A DNA stretch of 64,000 bases from positions 17,484,001 to 17,548,000 of the forward strand of contig CATNEN010000039.1 in the NCBI GenBank assembly GCA_950097015.1, given 5' to 3'. This document shows positions 12,161 through 25,100 of the stretch, piece by piece; the stretch's first letter is position 1, and each line of letters begins with the position of its first letter. This stretch comes from Macrostomum hystrix (Eukaryota > Animalia > Platyhelminthes). The position numbers were made by a program, and so were the translations under genes. A model generated the notes under the pieces. It made no database searches. It worked only from the letters and a program-made list of their open reading frames with translations, and was not told the origin of the DNA.

Positions 12161-13380
12161 CTAGCATTTTTTGCCCGTTGTTTTTGGGGCAGAAATTTAA
12201 AGCAAAGCAGTAAGCAATTCACGTCTCTGTATTAACTTTATAGTGAAGGTCACCATTCATTTATTTACTGCATTAATGAAAAGTGAAGAGTTTGTTTAAG
12301 GGCGTTTTAAGTAAAAAATAAGTGAAAAGTTTGTCCAAACAGCCCCCTCTTGATTACTTCTTTATAAACATGTCTCTTAGCCACTCCTCTATACAGTCAG
12401 TGGCAGATCCAGGAATTTTGTTTTGGGGCGGTCTGTCAGGGGAGCACCATGAGAATCACAGAGGGGGTGCCAGCGGCCGAAAAAGGGCGCCAGGAGCCAA
12501 GAAAGGGCACCAGCTGCTGAAAAACGGGAGCCAGCGGCTGAAAAAGGGGCGCCAGTGCTGCGACTGGCGCCCCTGGTGGGGGCATCTTATTCCCATGATT
12601 AAAATTTAGGGGGGCGACTGGCCCCCCGCCCCCCCCCCCTAAATCTGCCTCTGTGTACAGTATGCATGATGACAGGGGACCTGTGTTGAAAAATCTTTCT
12701 CTTCTCTTCAGTGGGAGAGGCTAAGCCTCTGTATATTTTAGCAAAGCACTGTACGCCAGCCTCTCTCTTTCTTCTATCCCAGGCTGGCTGGAGAGAAATA
12801 TCGACTGGAGAGCCCTGCGCACTGGGACAACACCGCACTCAGTCTCAGTGCTGCTTGGGGGCCAGTAGACAGTCTAGGGGTTTGGGCTGTGTACATTCAC
12901 GGCTTGAAATACAATGTACAGTCTGGGGCTTCGGCACCCGAGGAAGGGAGGGGGTGGCTATAATAAAATTTGGCCCGCAGAGTGCGGAGGGGAGTTGGGG
13001 TGGCTGTCCTCGGAAAACAAAAAGTGACTCACTTTGAGATGATGCAGCTTTGCTCTGGATTGAGTAGAGATGTTCAAAATTGACAGCATTGTTGGAAAAC
13101 ATGTAAAGTATAAGTGGATCAAATTTGGAGAAAATCTGACAAAGTGGGGCGACAATATGTTGAATTGAGTGATTTTTTGAGGATTTTTGAGCAGTTTTTT
13201 GCACTTTTGAGCAGGAAAGAAATGATTTTTCGAGAATTCGAGTAGCCTATTGCACTCAGCGTAGGTGGTTTTAGGTATGTACAAAGTTTGGTGTGATTTG
13301 GTTGAGCGGTTTCGGCGTCTATAAAGACAAAAGGTTGCACACACACACACAGACAGAGTTTTCACTTTTATATATATAGA
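12161..13380 (-). mobile_element. Non-autonomous Helitron
   Basis: Minus strand: A|TCTATATATATAAAAGTG...(TG)n at the 5' end; hairpin TGCCC..GGGCA then CTAG|T at the 3' end; inserted in an AT dinucleotide with no TSD. Confidence 0.8.
12398..12653. mobile_element. hAT-type MITE nested in the Helitron
   Basis: Imperfect TIRs CAGTGGCAGATCCAG / CTAAATCTGCCTCTG; 8-bp TSD TATACAGT / TGTACAGT (1 mismatch). Confidence 0.75.
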
Positions 13381-15760
13381 TTAACAAGTTTTGGAAACTT
13401 TGTCTTTTTAGAACTTTTGAGTTTAGAACTTTAAAAATGTCCATTCGCACATCCACAAGTTGGGTTTTATATTCCCAAAAATGCACATATATATAATAGA
13501 GTGGAGGGGTGGTTTCCTAGTACATTATAACAATCAGTACATTCAAACAAAATATTACATTACTTCTCTTGTTCGCGTAGGCCCTAATTTAAAAGGAAAA
13601 ATATGGTAGAATAATTCTAATTCACCTACAACATATATTTAGTGATCACATAAAATTGAACAGAATTGAACTGGGTTGGGGATAACCTTCAGCAACTTTC
13701 TTCAGAATTAGCTGGCTATTGCCTCAACTGGCTAGCCAAAGCTGTGCAACAATATATTATATGGGGCCTAGACATGTTGATAGATAGTCATAGAAAACAG
13801 AAACCATTTTAGCTAATTAGCTAGCTAAGATACTTTGGCATTAGCTGTTTTATTTTTGCTATTATTACAAGGATGAAAAATCTACAGCTTTGAATCTTTT
13901 TAAATCTTTATCTAGGCCTGTGGCATATAACTAGAGTCCAAGACTGCCACCTTTTAGACTGGCTTGAAGGGTGAGATAGGAAGTCAATATACAAGTATTG
14001 TGACAGTTAATTCTGAGTCGGAATAACTGTCTGAGAGTGTATTTAAACAAACTGACTTTTGAGTCAGAACAATTGTATAAGTGTCAGAATTTTTTTTGGA
14101 CAAAGTTTCTCAGCTAAAAATTGTTACAATTAAATATATTTAATTGACCAAGGTTTTATAGCGGGATATAATTATGATAGACCAAAATTATCTTAAATAG
14201 GCTACTTACTTATTTGCTTACCTCAGCTAGCTAGGTCTCTCATCAATCAATCAAGCAAAAGCAATGTAGGCCTATTGCAGAAGGCCTATTGGCCAAACAA
14301 ATGTAACAGTTGTTGTCACTATTTATTGTCATCATTGACATTGGTATTTAAATTTCTAAATGCTGAAGTGATATTAAGAAGCTATATAGGCCTAGGAGTA
14401 AATGAGGGGGCATAACATCAAAATTTAGTGCATGCATTTTTTATATATAATAATAATATTTTAGATCAATTTTCGATGAAAAAATAGTCAGACAAATAGC
14501 TGATCGAATTCGTACTTAAATAATTAAGCAACTATCTAATGAAACGACGATAAAGGAAAGAATGTAATTGTAAGCCACGCGGACATTATGCTTTTAGCTT
14601 TGACTTGCACTTAATGACTTAAAAAGCAAAGCTTACACCGTTTACCTAAAAGGCAGCTAAGGGTTTTTTGTGTAACAGTTGAAAGTACGTCGAATGTCAT
14701 GCAACCAATCATCTGAAATGTACTTTTATTGCTAGTAAGTCAGCTAGCCGCGAGAAGAAAGACTGAAAAGAGCGAATTCCAATCGGAAGTTTTGAGAGGC
14801 TTCTGTTAAAACAAAACATTAACGTAAAATTGCTTCGCAAAACAAACTGTATTTTCTAGTAAATATTAAAAAAGAAATCTTCTTGTTTTACTTCTATTGA
14901 ACTTCCTGTCTATATTAAATCGCTTTTTTTACTGATCTTGTTCGGATTGCGATTGCGCTGCTTTCAAAAGGCGCACATGATCATCTTCTATGCAATACAG
15001 TACATTTTTTTCTGGTGTAGTTGCCATTAAGTTCTAATAAAACAAATGTCCCTGTTTTATCACTTTCTTTGCGCTGCTCCTTTATTTAGGCGAGTTGTCT
15101 ATTTAGTACGGAAAGAATCCCACATTTTTACGATTTTATGGCGTGCCTGCTTATCAGCTCTGAAGACTAAGAATTGTTCGCTAACTCGCTTTCTACGAGT
15201 TATTATTGGTTTCTATTGGTTTTTAAAAAAGCCAGGTACAAATAAAAGTAAGTCATTTACTGTCTAGAGGATTGAAAAAAACACGTCCAAAATTACAGAT
15301 GATAAAGCATAGTTTAAACTACAAATTTAATCGCCACAGAAGCATGAAAAGATGGTACCGTGTTCAAATTCAGTATAGCTTTTCTAATGACTAGGGGGTG
15401 TCCATTCGAAATGAAACTGTTGTTGTCTTTGAGGCAATTCCATGGCACTACCTGGGAACAGAATTGGCAGTCCCATAGAAATGCTTCCTGAAACCAATAC
15501 TAAATTTTTGATTATCGCAAATTAGTCATTTTTCAGTTTCCATGCGGCTCGTAGCTTAGATCAAAGCTTTTTAATTTTCTCAAAATGAGATTTCTGATCA
15601 TGGAAACACTGTGCGATCCAAATGAACTGCCAGTGAGCTTCGACCTGCTGCCAGATAGGCTACGGATATTCTGAAAACATACTGGACGCTTGGCAGCGCG
15701 GAATTTAGAAACTACATCGGACAAACCCTGCTCGTTATTTTTGGTTCGTAGTTTCGAATT

Positions 15761-16040
15761 GATCAGCTAAGCTTCAAGAACCGCGTGATGTCCTTCCGAG
15801 GCCGTATTGACGATACCATCTCCCTAAGCTGGGCGGAGAGCGGATTTTTCAGCCACGGACCCAACGGCGCCAGCTGCTGCCACTGCGGCAAAACAATCGA
15901 GCGACTCGCGCCTTGAGACCCCTCGGAGTGGCACTCAAACCGAGGACAATCGGGCTGCTCGCTGCTGCGGTTCAGCTGTGGATAATGCGCCTTTGTCACT
16001 GGAGATGAGAGGAAATGAACTTTTCCATCCGTAGGACTGG
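15761..16040 (+). pseudogene. BIR-domain (IAP-like) gene fragment
   Basis: Manual translation DQLSFKNRVMSFRGRIDDTISLSWAESGFFSHGPNGASCCHCGKTIERLAP*DPSEWHSNRGQSGCSLL fits the BIR pattern (R..SF, GF, CxxC, H, C). In-frame TGA at 15914; cut at the 3' side by the satellite/Helitron. Confidence 0.65.
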
Positions 16041-16041
16041 C

Positions 16042-16420
16042 CAACTGGGATCATGGTCAACTGGGGGATCATTGTCAACTGGGGGAACATTGTAAACTGG
16101 GGGATCATTCAACTGGGGGATCATTGTCAACTGGGAGATCATTTGTCAACTGGGGGATCATTGTCAACTGGGGGATCATTGTCAACTGGGGGATCATTGT
16201 CAACTGGGGGATCATTGTCAACTGGGGGATCATTGTCAACTGGGGGATCATTGTCAACTGGGGGATCATTGTCAACTGGGGGATAATTGTCAACTGGAGG
16301 ATCATTTGTCAACTGGGGGATCATTAGAGCTTAAAAAAGCTGAAAATACAGCTGCTAAAAAGTATATACTGGACGAAATAAGAATATTTATGCTCCCCGA
16401 AGGGGTGCAAAACTTGCTAG
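16042..16420 (+). mobile_element. 18-bp satellite (CAACTGGGGGATCATTGT) followed by a Helitron-like 3' terminus
   Basis: About 15 repeats, then about 95 bp unique sequence ending in hairpin TGCTCCCCGAAGGGGTGCA and CTAG|T; inverted homologue at 33991-36260. Confidence 0.75.
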
Positions 16421-17879
16421 TAATTCTCTATTTACAATAGAGAATGTTTATCAACGAGATACTTTGACACACAAGCAGTTATGAAATTATGAAATTGTCA
16501 ATTGATTAGAGATATGTCTAAACAGCGCTGTGTCTATTTTTTTATTTTTACGAGTGGCTTACGATAGGCAGACTTTCAAAGATGTGTCGTTTATAAATTC
16601 GCTATGAACAGAGAAGATGGGTGTACGAACAAATCTCTATGCCTACAAATGTGCATCAAAGACAGAAATTTGGAGTTGTACGTTTTGGTACCTTGTTCAG
16701 TTGTGCTTGCTCAGTTCAGCACTAACACGTACGTATTCAAAATGCTGTAGTACCTTGTAGCATGGCTAGAAAAATGTTCTCTTTTCTAAGAGGCTCGCTA
16801 AACAAAGTCCCCAAAAGGAAACGCAATAGTCCGTGTAATTCAGGTAAAAATCCAATTTTTTACGCTACGCGCCTCGACGTTTTACCTCGTTTGAACCCGA
16901 GCAGCCTATTCATATTGGTGTTGTACGAGTAGTTAGCGTAAGTGAAATGCGTTTCACGGCCCTCTGAGACTTTCTATGGTCTTGTTAGCACAAAATTTGT
17001 CCTGTTAATGTTCTACGCGATCTTTGATTAACTTCGTACTAATCACAACATACACAGTGGTACTAATTAAGTAATTGTGATTGTGATTGTGATTACCCAA
17101 TTGTAACTGTGTAATTGTAATTGCCGCTCTCTCCAGCGCCCTGCGTGGTGCTGGGGCGGCCAACCCAACCTTGGATTTCAATCGGGAAGCCGGGTGCAGC
17201 AGAAGAAGCTGCAAATTTGCTCATCAGTGCCGTAGATGCGGCATAGGCCACTCAGAAGCTGCTGCCGATCGGGATGGCGAGGGCAGTGAGACGACTAGGC
17301 ATTCGCACTGACTTGGTGCTTGTTCTGATTTTAACGCCCTGGTTTTATCTACAGATCTAAAGTATGCAGAGTGGAAGAAGGAGCTGATGTGCACTGATTT
17401 ACCTGAGGAAAAGATTTATTCTCGACTATGTTGCTTACGGATTCCGCATTACTATCAAGAGTGCTTCTGGTTTCAAGCCAGTTGAAGCTGATAACTACCA
17501 TTCTGTCAATATTTCATTTTGAAGCTGTCTAAACGCAGATTAACAAAGAGCTCAAGTGTGGGCGGTATCGCGAGTGCCCGATCGGCGGGCGTCCAAAATT
17601 GGTCAGCGCCCTTGGAGCCCTGACCAAAGATAGTGATCGTGTGCGCCTTAATCCCCACTGCAGTCGGCCTTTGAACAACTCTTTGAACTCCAGATGGGTC
17701 TGCCAGGAGAAGCTGCGACTCACGTGCGCCGATAACTTTGCGAGAAAGCTGTCCAGAGGCTGTTTTATGACAAAGGTGGACCTCAGCGATCCATCAAGCA
17801 CCTATCCATTTAATAATCAAAATTCATCGCTTCACACAATGCTACCGAAAGTAGAATAGGCCTTCCTAGCTGTGACGCG

Positions 17880-19150
17880 GATGTGAGGCGTTCAGTTAAC
17901 TCTGCGGTAGAGGATAATCCGAATGCATCGGACCTGCTTCTCCATGGCGATCTCCTTGCCATCGAGGGTGAGAGAGGCATCGGACCTGCTTCTCCATGGC
18001 GATCTCCTTGCCATCGAGGGTGAGAGGCATCGGACCTGCTTCTCCATGGCGATCTCCTTCCCATCGAGGGTGAGAGAGGCATCGGACCTGCTTCTCCATG
18101 GCGATCTCCTTGCCATCGAGGGTGAGAGAGGCATCGGACCTGCTTCTCCATGGCGATCTCCTTCCCATCGAGGGTGAGAGAGGCATCGGACCTGCTTCTC
18201 CATGGCGATCTCCTTGCCATCGAGGGTGAGAGAGGCATCGGACCTGCTTCTCCATGGCGATCTCCTTGCCATCGAGGGTGAGAGGCATCGGACCTGCTTC
18301 TCCATGGCGATCTCCTTGCCATCGAGGGTGAGAGGCATCGGACCTGCTTCTCCATGGCGATCTCCTTGCCATCGAGGGTGAGAGGCATCGGACCTGCTTC
18401 TCCATGGCGATCTCCTTCCCATCGAGGGTGAGAGGCATCGGACCTGCTTCTCCATGGCGATCTCCTTGCCATCGAGGGTGAGAGAGGCATCGGACCTGCT
18501 TCTCCATGGCGATCTCCTTGCCATCGAGGGTGAGAGGCATCGGACCTGCTTCTCCATGGCGATCTCCTTCCCATCGAGGGTGAGAGGCATCGGACCTGCT
18601 TCTCCATGGCGATCTCCTTGCCATCGAGGGTGAGAGGCATCGGACCTGCTTCTCCATGGCGATCTCCTTGCCATAGAGGGTGAGAGAGGCATCGGACCTG
18701 CTTCTCCATGGCGATCTCCTTCCCATCGAGGGTGAGAGAGGCATCGGACCTGCTTCTCCATGGCGATCTCCATGCCATAGAGATTCCAAAAGAGCTTGCT
18801 GGCAAACATAACCGCTCCGATCATAGACTCCGAGAGCCTCAGCCCGCTTTGGTCCTTCCAGCGCTCCGATTTGTCTATGAAGCCCCGCAGAATGTTGTGG
18901 TGGTGTCCGCCAAATCACGGTCACATCATCAGCGTAGCCCACTTTTTGGAAAGGATCTGGCTGAGCAACGTTGAGCAGCTCATCCATAACGAGGTTTAAC
19001 AGAAACGGGGGGGAGGACTCCGCGCTGGGGGGCCCTTTCCTGACAGGCGCAGAGCGTCGGCAGCCGTTCAGGTGGGCCACCCAGGCCTCTCTCCACGGCG
19101 CTGACACGTAGCCCGGCACCACGCAGGCGCGCAGGAGTTGACAGAAGAGG
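17880..19150 (-). mobile_element. Degenerate LINE RT fragment (related to the 44542-46780 family)
   Basis: LLRACVVPGYVSAPWREA, LLNLVMDELL...GYADDVTV motifs; internal deletions. Confidence 0.85.
17925..18775. repeat. 50/52-bp tandem repeat amplified from inside the LINE RT coding sequence
   Basis: About 16 copies; the minus-strand unit encodes LTLDGKEIAMEKQVRC; length varies by one AG dinucleotide. Confidence 0.95.
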
Positions 19151-19399
19151 TCAAGGAGTCATCTTACACGTACTATGTGCATGCATATGGTGTTGTTAGT
19201 TGCTAGGTGGATAGGTGCTAGGGAACTAGTTTACTAGGTAGTGATAAAATTTCAGGAAAGTAACCTCCATAAACAAGGCAATTTCGTGGAAAAGCCCGAA
19301 AGAAACACTATTTCTTAATTCTATTTTAAAACTTCTATTACAAATGAATGACCTGTTTGCATAAATGTCATAAAAGTGCATTGTCTGTGGAAAAGAGTG

Positions 19400-20947
19400 A
19401 ACAGGTGAACGTGTTTGTTGTGTCAAAAATCAGCGCCTTCGTCCATTTCTTCAGCGATTTCAGCACGTTCCACAAAGCTGTCATTGAGCTGGATACACTT
19501 CTCATAGCGATGCAGCAGTTTGTCGATTCCCTCCCCCCAAAAACTCGCAGGCAGCGCATGGAGAGATTCGTTTGCCGCGGCAATGACTTCCTGTCGACTG
19601 GTGAAGACGCGACCTCGCATGGGCTTCTTCATTACTCCAAACAAGTGAAAGTCAGCAATGGCGAGGTCTGGTGAATAAGGTGGATGATTAAGCAGCCGAA
19701 AGCCGAGCTCTTCCACTTTCCTTGTGGTGGCCGCGGCAACGTGAGGGCGAGCGTTGTCCCACAAGATGAAGGGCCTGGCGCGCATGATGCGTCGCTTCTG
19801 GAGGATGACTTCACGCAGACGAGCAACTTGATCTTGCACGTATGCAGCATTGATGGTGGCCTTGTCTGGCAGGTAGTCGACCATCAGAACCCCACAGGCG
19901 TCAAACCACACGGTGCACATGATGTTGCGTGTCCATGCCGACTTCATTGGCTTTGTGTGCGGCTGACGGCCCCTGGGCCCCCACTGCATGGACTGCTGCT
20001 TAGTCAGTGGATTAAACATTGGCAGTGGTGTCTCATCCATACTGATGAGAAGTCGTTGAAACTCCTGATCACCAAGTTGCTGCCACAACTGCAAGTTCTC
20101 CGTTGCACAGTGAATTCGCTTTCTTTTGTGGTCCAGGGTCAACTCACGCGGCACCCACTTGGCACAGACTCTCGACCAGTTTATCTCCTTGAGGATGCGG
20201 CTCACAGAAGCAATGGAGATGCTACAGACCTCCTCAACTTCACGCAATGTGGCAGAAGGATTGGCGCAGAGGTAATCACGGACAATCTGTTTGCTGTTGT
20301 CATCCGTTGACGTGCGGGGGCGACCTGACCTCGGCGCGTCACCACATCCTGTAGCACCATCGCGGAACGCCTTGCAGTGAGCATAAACCCGCGCTTGCGA
20401 TAGTGCCTGATCTCCAAATGCCTGGTTCAGGTCCCGAGCGATATCGCATGGCTTCTTTCCAAGTTGAACCAGACCAGCGATAAAATGCCGTTGTCCTTCC
20501 TTCGATCCAATTTCTGAATGATCTTTCGGTCGTTCCATAGTCTCACTTGAAAGCACTTTTCAGTCGTCTCTCAGTCAAGCATTTGCAATTTTGAGCAGCC
20601 CCATGCAGCTTAAAAAACAAAAATTCCTAGGCAACTTTGCCCAGCAGCAGAACAGCAGACACCGGAGACAGTATCAGAAGCAGCTGAGTGCATCAGCAGC
20701 ATCATTAGCAGTTTTCAAGTTCTAAGCAAGTTCTCAGGTATATAGACCGCAGACAAAAATCGTAATTTTTAATCTCGAGGTCTGGACTTCAATGTGAGAT
20801 TTCACTAGTGCACGTAGACCGACAGAGCTGCAACTGAAGCTGTGTGCTGTCCATATTTGCAAAATTACAAGGTAAAAATTTCAAGTTAAAAAGTTTATCC
20901 ATTAAAAAGTTATGACTAAATTCTCGTTACTTTTGAAACACCCCTTG
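19400..20947 (-). mobile_element. Tc1/mariner element; only the 5' TIR recognisable (left boundary approximate)
   Basis: Minus strand TA|CAAGGGGTGTTTCAAAAGTAACG at 20947; no matching TIR seen near 19150-19420. Confidence 0.75.
19423..20538 (-). CDS. Mariner (DD34D) transposase, intact ORF
   Basis: N-terminal HTH and GRPR motif, WVPRELT, DET, DNARPH, YSPDLAIAD; ATG at 20538. Confidence 0.93.
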   Translation of the reverse strand: MERPKDHSEIGSKEGQRHFIAGLVQLGKKPCDIARDLNQAFGDQALSQARVYAHCKAFRDGATGCGDAPRSGRPRTSTDDNSKQIVRDYLCANPSATLREVEEVCSISIASVSRILKEINWSRVCAKWVPRELTLDHKRKRIHCATENLQLWQQLGDQEFQRLLISMDETPLPMFNPLTKQQSMQWGPRGRQPHTKPMKSAWTRNIMCTVWFDACGVLMVDYLPDKATINAAYVQDQVARLREVILQKRRIMRARPFILWDNARPHVAAATTRKVEELGFRLLNHPPYSPDLAIADFHLFGVMKKPMRGRVFTSRQEVIAAANESLHALPASFWGEGIDKLLHRYEKCIQLNDSFVERAEIAEEMDEGADF

Positions 20948-22176
20948 TACCTTCTACCTTATGTTCGCAGAACAATAATGAACAATAATGAAACAATAAT
21001 GAACATTGACTATGGCCATTGGTTTTGGTTTTTTTCCAATGTCCTTGCCGCGGAAAAACGACGGCACGGACAAGGGAAAATCTATTTAGCTTAGTAGAGA
21101 AAGGGAACTACATTCAACATTCGATTTTATTATATTACTCATAGTCCGTTACCACCGATGAGTTTAATTTCTGCCTGTTTCTGAAGTTTACTTTTTTGGT
21201 TAATATGTGTTGTTGAGAACTGTATTTCACACTGCATGTTTGTAGTTGAACTGTATCTGAGCGTGGTTCCCAGAATATTTAAATGCAGTTAAATAGAAAA
21301 ATAACGTTAATCTCCGGTGGAGAATTAAGTATCCCTTCTCATGTCTATGGTAAAAGTCAAGGAGAGAGAAAATAGAAAAAGAAGCTACTACGAGTCAAAC
21401 CTAAACTACTTTTTTCTGTGTTTGTCCCAAAATAAGGCACAGATCTGACTAGTTGAAACGGGGGAGCTTCACCGCCGACGATGTAATTGAGCGCTAAAAG
21501 TTTCCGCTCTATCCGATGAAACAACTTCCAGAATCACCAAACACGGGCCAACTTTTTGTTGCGCAACTTCTGAAACAAGAATCAAGTCACCAGCTCTTTA
21601 GACCGTCGAGATATTAAATGTTTCTGGCCGAAGGCCAGGCCTTCAAAATTTATCAGCATGTCACCCAAATGTGCCTGCATCTCCGTCTTCGGTGTTTACC
21701 GGAATTATCTATACCAATTTGCTGGACCTTCAAGGGCTACAACAGGTGGAAATAGGCCACACTATGGACACCCTGACGCGAATTTATCCAATTTCACTGA
21801 TCAAGCCTAAATATTAGGCACAGCTCAACCACATGACACCATCGTCTAGTCTGTCAACCACCACAACCCAACGCTGTTAGCATTTAGGCGCTGCCAAAAG
21901 AAATTGCAAGGGGGATCCCCCTTGGAATAAAAACGGGCGGCAAAATGGATTGGTAGTCCTACTTTTAATAGGCATGTTGTTCTATTGATTTGTAAAATAA
22001 AGACCTATGTACTTGTGTAACTTATATTAGTGACACTGCCTTAAGACCACTAGGAAATCTACGTTACATTAATTTAGTCTTGTCTTGCATATCCTAATAG
22101 TCCTTGATTAGGAGGTGAGTCTAGTAAAGCAACAAGTTCTACTTTGCACCGGGGTACCTGAGCTCTCTCTCTCTCT

Positions 22177-25100
22177 CTACTGGCCCCTCGGCCAAAGGCC
22201 ATACAGGGGGCGCGCCAGCGCGCCCGTTGCCTCCAGGAAATCCAGCACCCTCTCCGGGTGCTCCTGCAGCAGGGACATCGAGCCGATGCCTTCAAAGCAG
22301 CGGCGCTCCTCCTCCCATCTCGGGCAGTCCAGCAGGAAGTGTTCCGTGTTCTCGACAGGGGCTTGGCAATGTGGGCAGACCGGGCTCTCCACGCGGCCCC
22401 AGCGGTGTAGGGTGTCCCGAAGGAAAGGGGCCCGGTTGGCCCGCAGCTGTTAAAGGGCCACTTCCTGGTCCCGCCGCCTCCTGTTGCTTGGCGGCAGTGG
22501 CCTGCCCCTGCAGCGCCGGTGAGGGTGCTCCGCCGGAACCTCAGCCTCGTACTGGGCTTTGGCCCGGACGACGCTCTGCCGCCGGACCGCAGCCTGAATG
22601 GCACCTGCTGAAGCCCGGGTGCCTTCCTGAGGCAGCGCGCAGCCTTCCCGGGCCAGCGAGTCGGCTTCCTCGTTCAGGTGCAGACCCGCATGTCCCGGGA
22701 TCCAGATGACTGTGAGCCGGTGTTTTTCAGCCAGCTGGTGCAGCAGGGCCACTGCCTGTGCCGCCCCATGGTCGTCCTGACACCGCTCCGGGCGCTGCAG
22801 CTTCTCGAAGAGCGCGCGGGAGTCGAAGAGCAGCCAGATGGTACGATGGGTCTGCCCCTCCAGCAACTCCCACGCCGCCTGCAGCCCCGCCGCTGCCGCC
22901 GCCGCCTCTGCAGATGTTGAGCACGTGAGGCGCCCTGTCGCGACTGACCCGTTGACATCCGGGCCCGGTGCCCGCCGCCGGATCACGTAGCCGCCTCCCC
23001 CGTTCCGGACTCCTTCCTCCGCTGCCCCGTCCGTCCAAATTTGCAGGTCAGGCGGGTCCTTCTGGTGCAGGTTGTCCAGAGTGATCAGGGCTTCCTGCCT
23101 CCGCCGCCACTCCGGGTCCTCCCTCTTCGTGTTGAGCGTGCAGACAAACAACACTGCCGTACCCCTCCACGGCCTCGGCAGCATGGTCACAGGCACCCGC
23201 TCCTCGGGATTGTCGGCACTCCTCCTGCAGCCACAACCCCTCAACACTTGCTTGGCGGTATCCCTCCAGCTGGGCCGCAAACCCCCGCCTCGCGCCTTCA
23301 GCCTGCGCGCCGTGCATGGCTCCTGGGCCAGGCCTCCGAGCGGATGGGCAGCCGGGAACTGCCGGCACCTGGTGAGCAGCGCAGCAGCCTTCTCCTCGCA
23401 GATGGGGCCCAGCGACAGCAACTCCGCGTCCGTCGTCAGCGCCAGCGAACGCGCCCCTGCCCCGACCCCCGTGATGATGCGGGCCGCTTCGGCGTTCAGC
23501 CGTTCCAACCTCTGCCGGTGAGTTGGGGCCAGGAAGCTCCACCAGACCTCCGCGCAGTAGAGTCCAGCCGGCCTGACGTAGCTGCAATACAGCTGCCGCA
23601 GCGTACGAGCCTCCGCTCCCCAGGTGCGGCCTGCAACCGCACGGAGAGCGATGAGCCTGCGGCGAATGGTGGCAGCCGCAGATTGGGCGTGCTCGGCGAA
23701 GGTCAGCTGGCTGTCAAGGTGCACGCCCAGGATCTTGACCGTGCTGCTGAGCGCGATCTGCTGGCCGCCGACTGTCAGCTGCACGGGGGCCTTGCCCTTG
23801 ACCTCCCCCGGGTGCGTGGTAACCAGTAGGGCTTCGGTCTTGTCGGGCGCCAGCTCGAACTGATGATCCTTGCACCAGGAAGCCACTGCATCGATGGCGG
23901 TTTGCGACAGCTCCGCCGCCTCAGCTGCAGATTTCCCAGACGCGTTGACGGTCAGATCATCCGCATACTGCACTGGCCTGGACTCCGGCGCAGCGGCCTT
24001 AACGGCCGCCGGCAACGTGGAGGTAGCGATGACGAAGAGGAGGGAGAGCGGACTGCCCTGCGCGACGCCTTCCTTGAGGACCCGGCACCGACTCTCAGCG
24101 CTCTCCCAGCGAACCGTGGCACGCCTGTCAGACAGGAAGGCTCTAACCCACCTAAGCACTCTGGCCGGCGCGCGTGCCCGGGCCAACTCACGGAGGGTGC
24201 CTAACCGCCAGGTGCGGTCGAACGCTGCCTTGAAATCCACCGCCGTCACCATCGATCGGTGCATCGGCTGTTCCTGCAGGCTGTCGAACGCGGGCTGCGC
24301 AATCTGCGCAACGCAGTCAATGGTGCTGCGGCCTGTCCTGAACCCCGCCTGCTCGTCTGGGATCAGCCCGTGCAACTCGGCCCACACCGCCAGTCTCCGC
24401 TGCACCATGCTTTCCAGCAGCTTGCCGATGCAGCTCAGCAAGGAGATAGGCCGGTAGGACTTCGGGTCGCCCTTGTTCTTGCCCTTCTTCACAGCCGGCA
24501 CAATGGTAGCCCGTCTCCAAGCACTCGGTAGCTTCGCTTCGACCCAGCTCCTGTTGAGCAGGGTGAGCAGCGCTACGAGCCCGCTGGACGGCAGCCGCTT
24601 CAGCAACTCGGGGTGGACCTCGTCACCGCCCGGGGCCTTGCCCTCACTCCGCCGGATGGCCTCCTGGAGCTCTGCTAGCTAGAATGGTGATGCCGCCGCG
24701 TCCTCATGTTGTCCTGCTGCTATTGCCCGCCGGACTTCCGCCCTGGCTGCACTCTGGTCCGCCTTCGGGACCCGGAGCCGGCTGGCCTCGGCGTAGGTCG
24801 CCGCCGCCATCTCCGCCTTTTCCTTGTCCGAGTGGGCCGTCCGCCCGTTGTGGACGAGCGGGCTGTCAGGGAGCGGGAGGCGAACGTTGCCGTCGAGCGC
24901 CCGGATGACCTGCCAGACCTTGGTGTCCGGCGTCCTCGCATCCAGCTTGGAAACGAAGGTCCTCCAGGCCTCCGCCTTAGCTGCCCTGAATGTGCGCTCC
25001 GCCTCGATCCTGGCAAGCCTGTACGCTGCAACCTTCTCTGCGTTCCCGGGGTCGGATCTCAAGCGCTCCAGCGTCTCACGGAGGTTCGCGTGCGCCGCCC

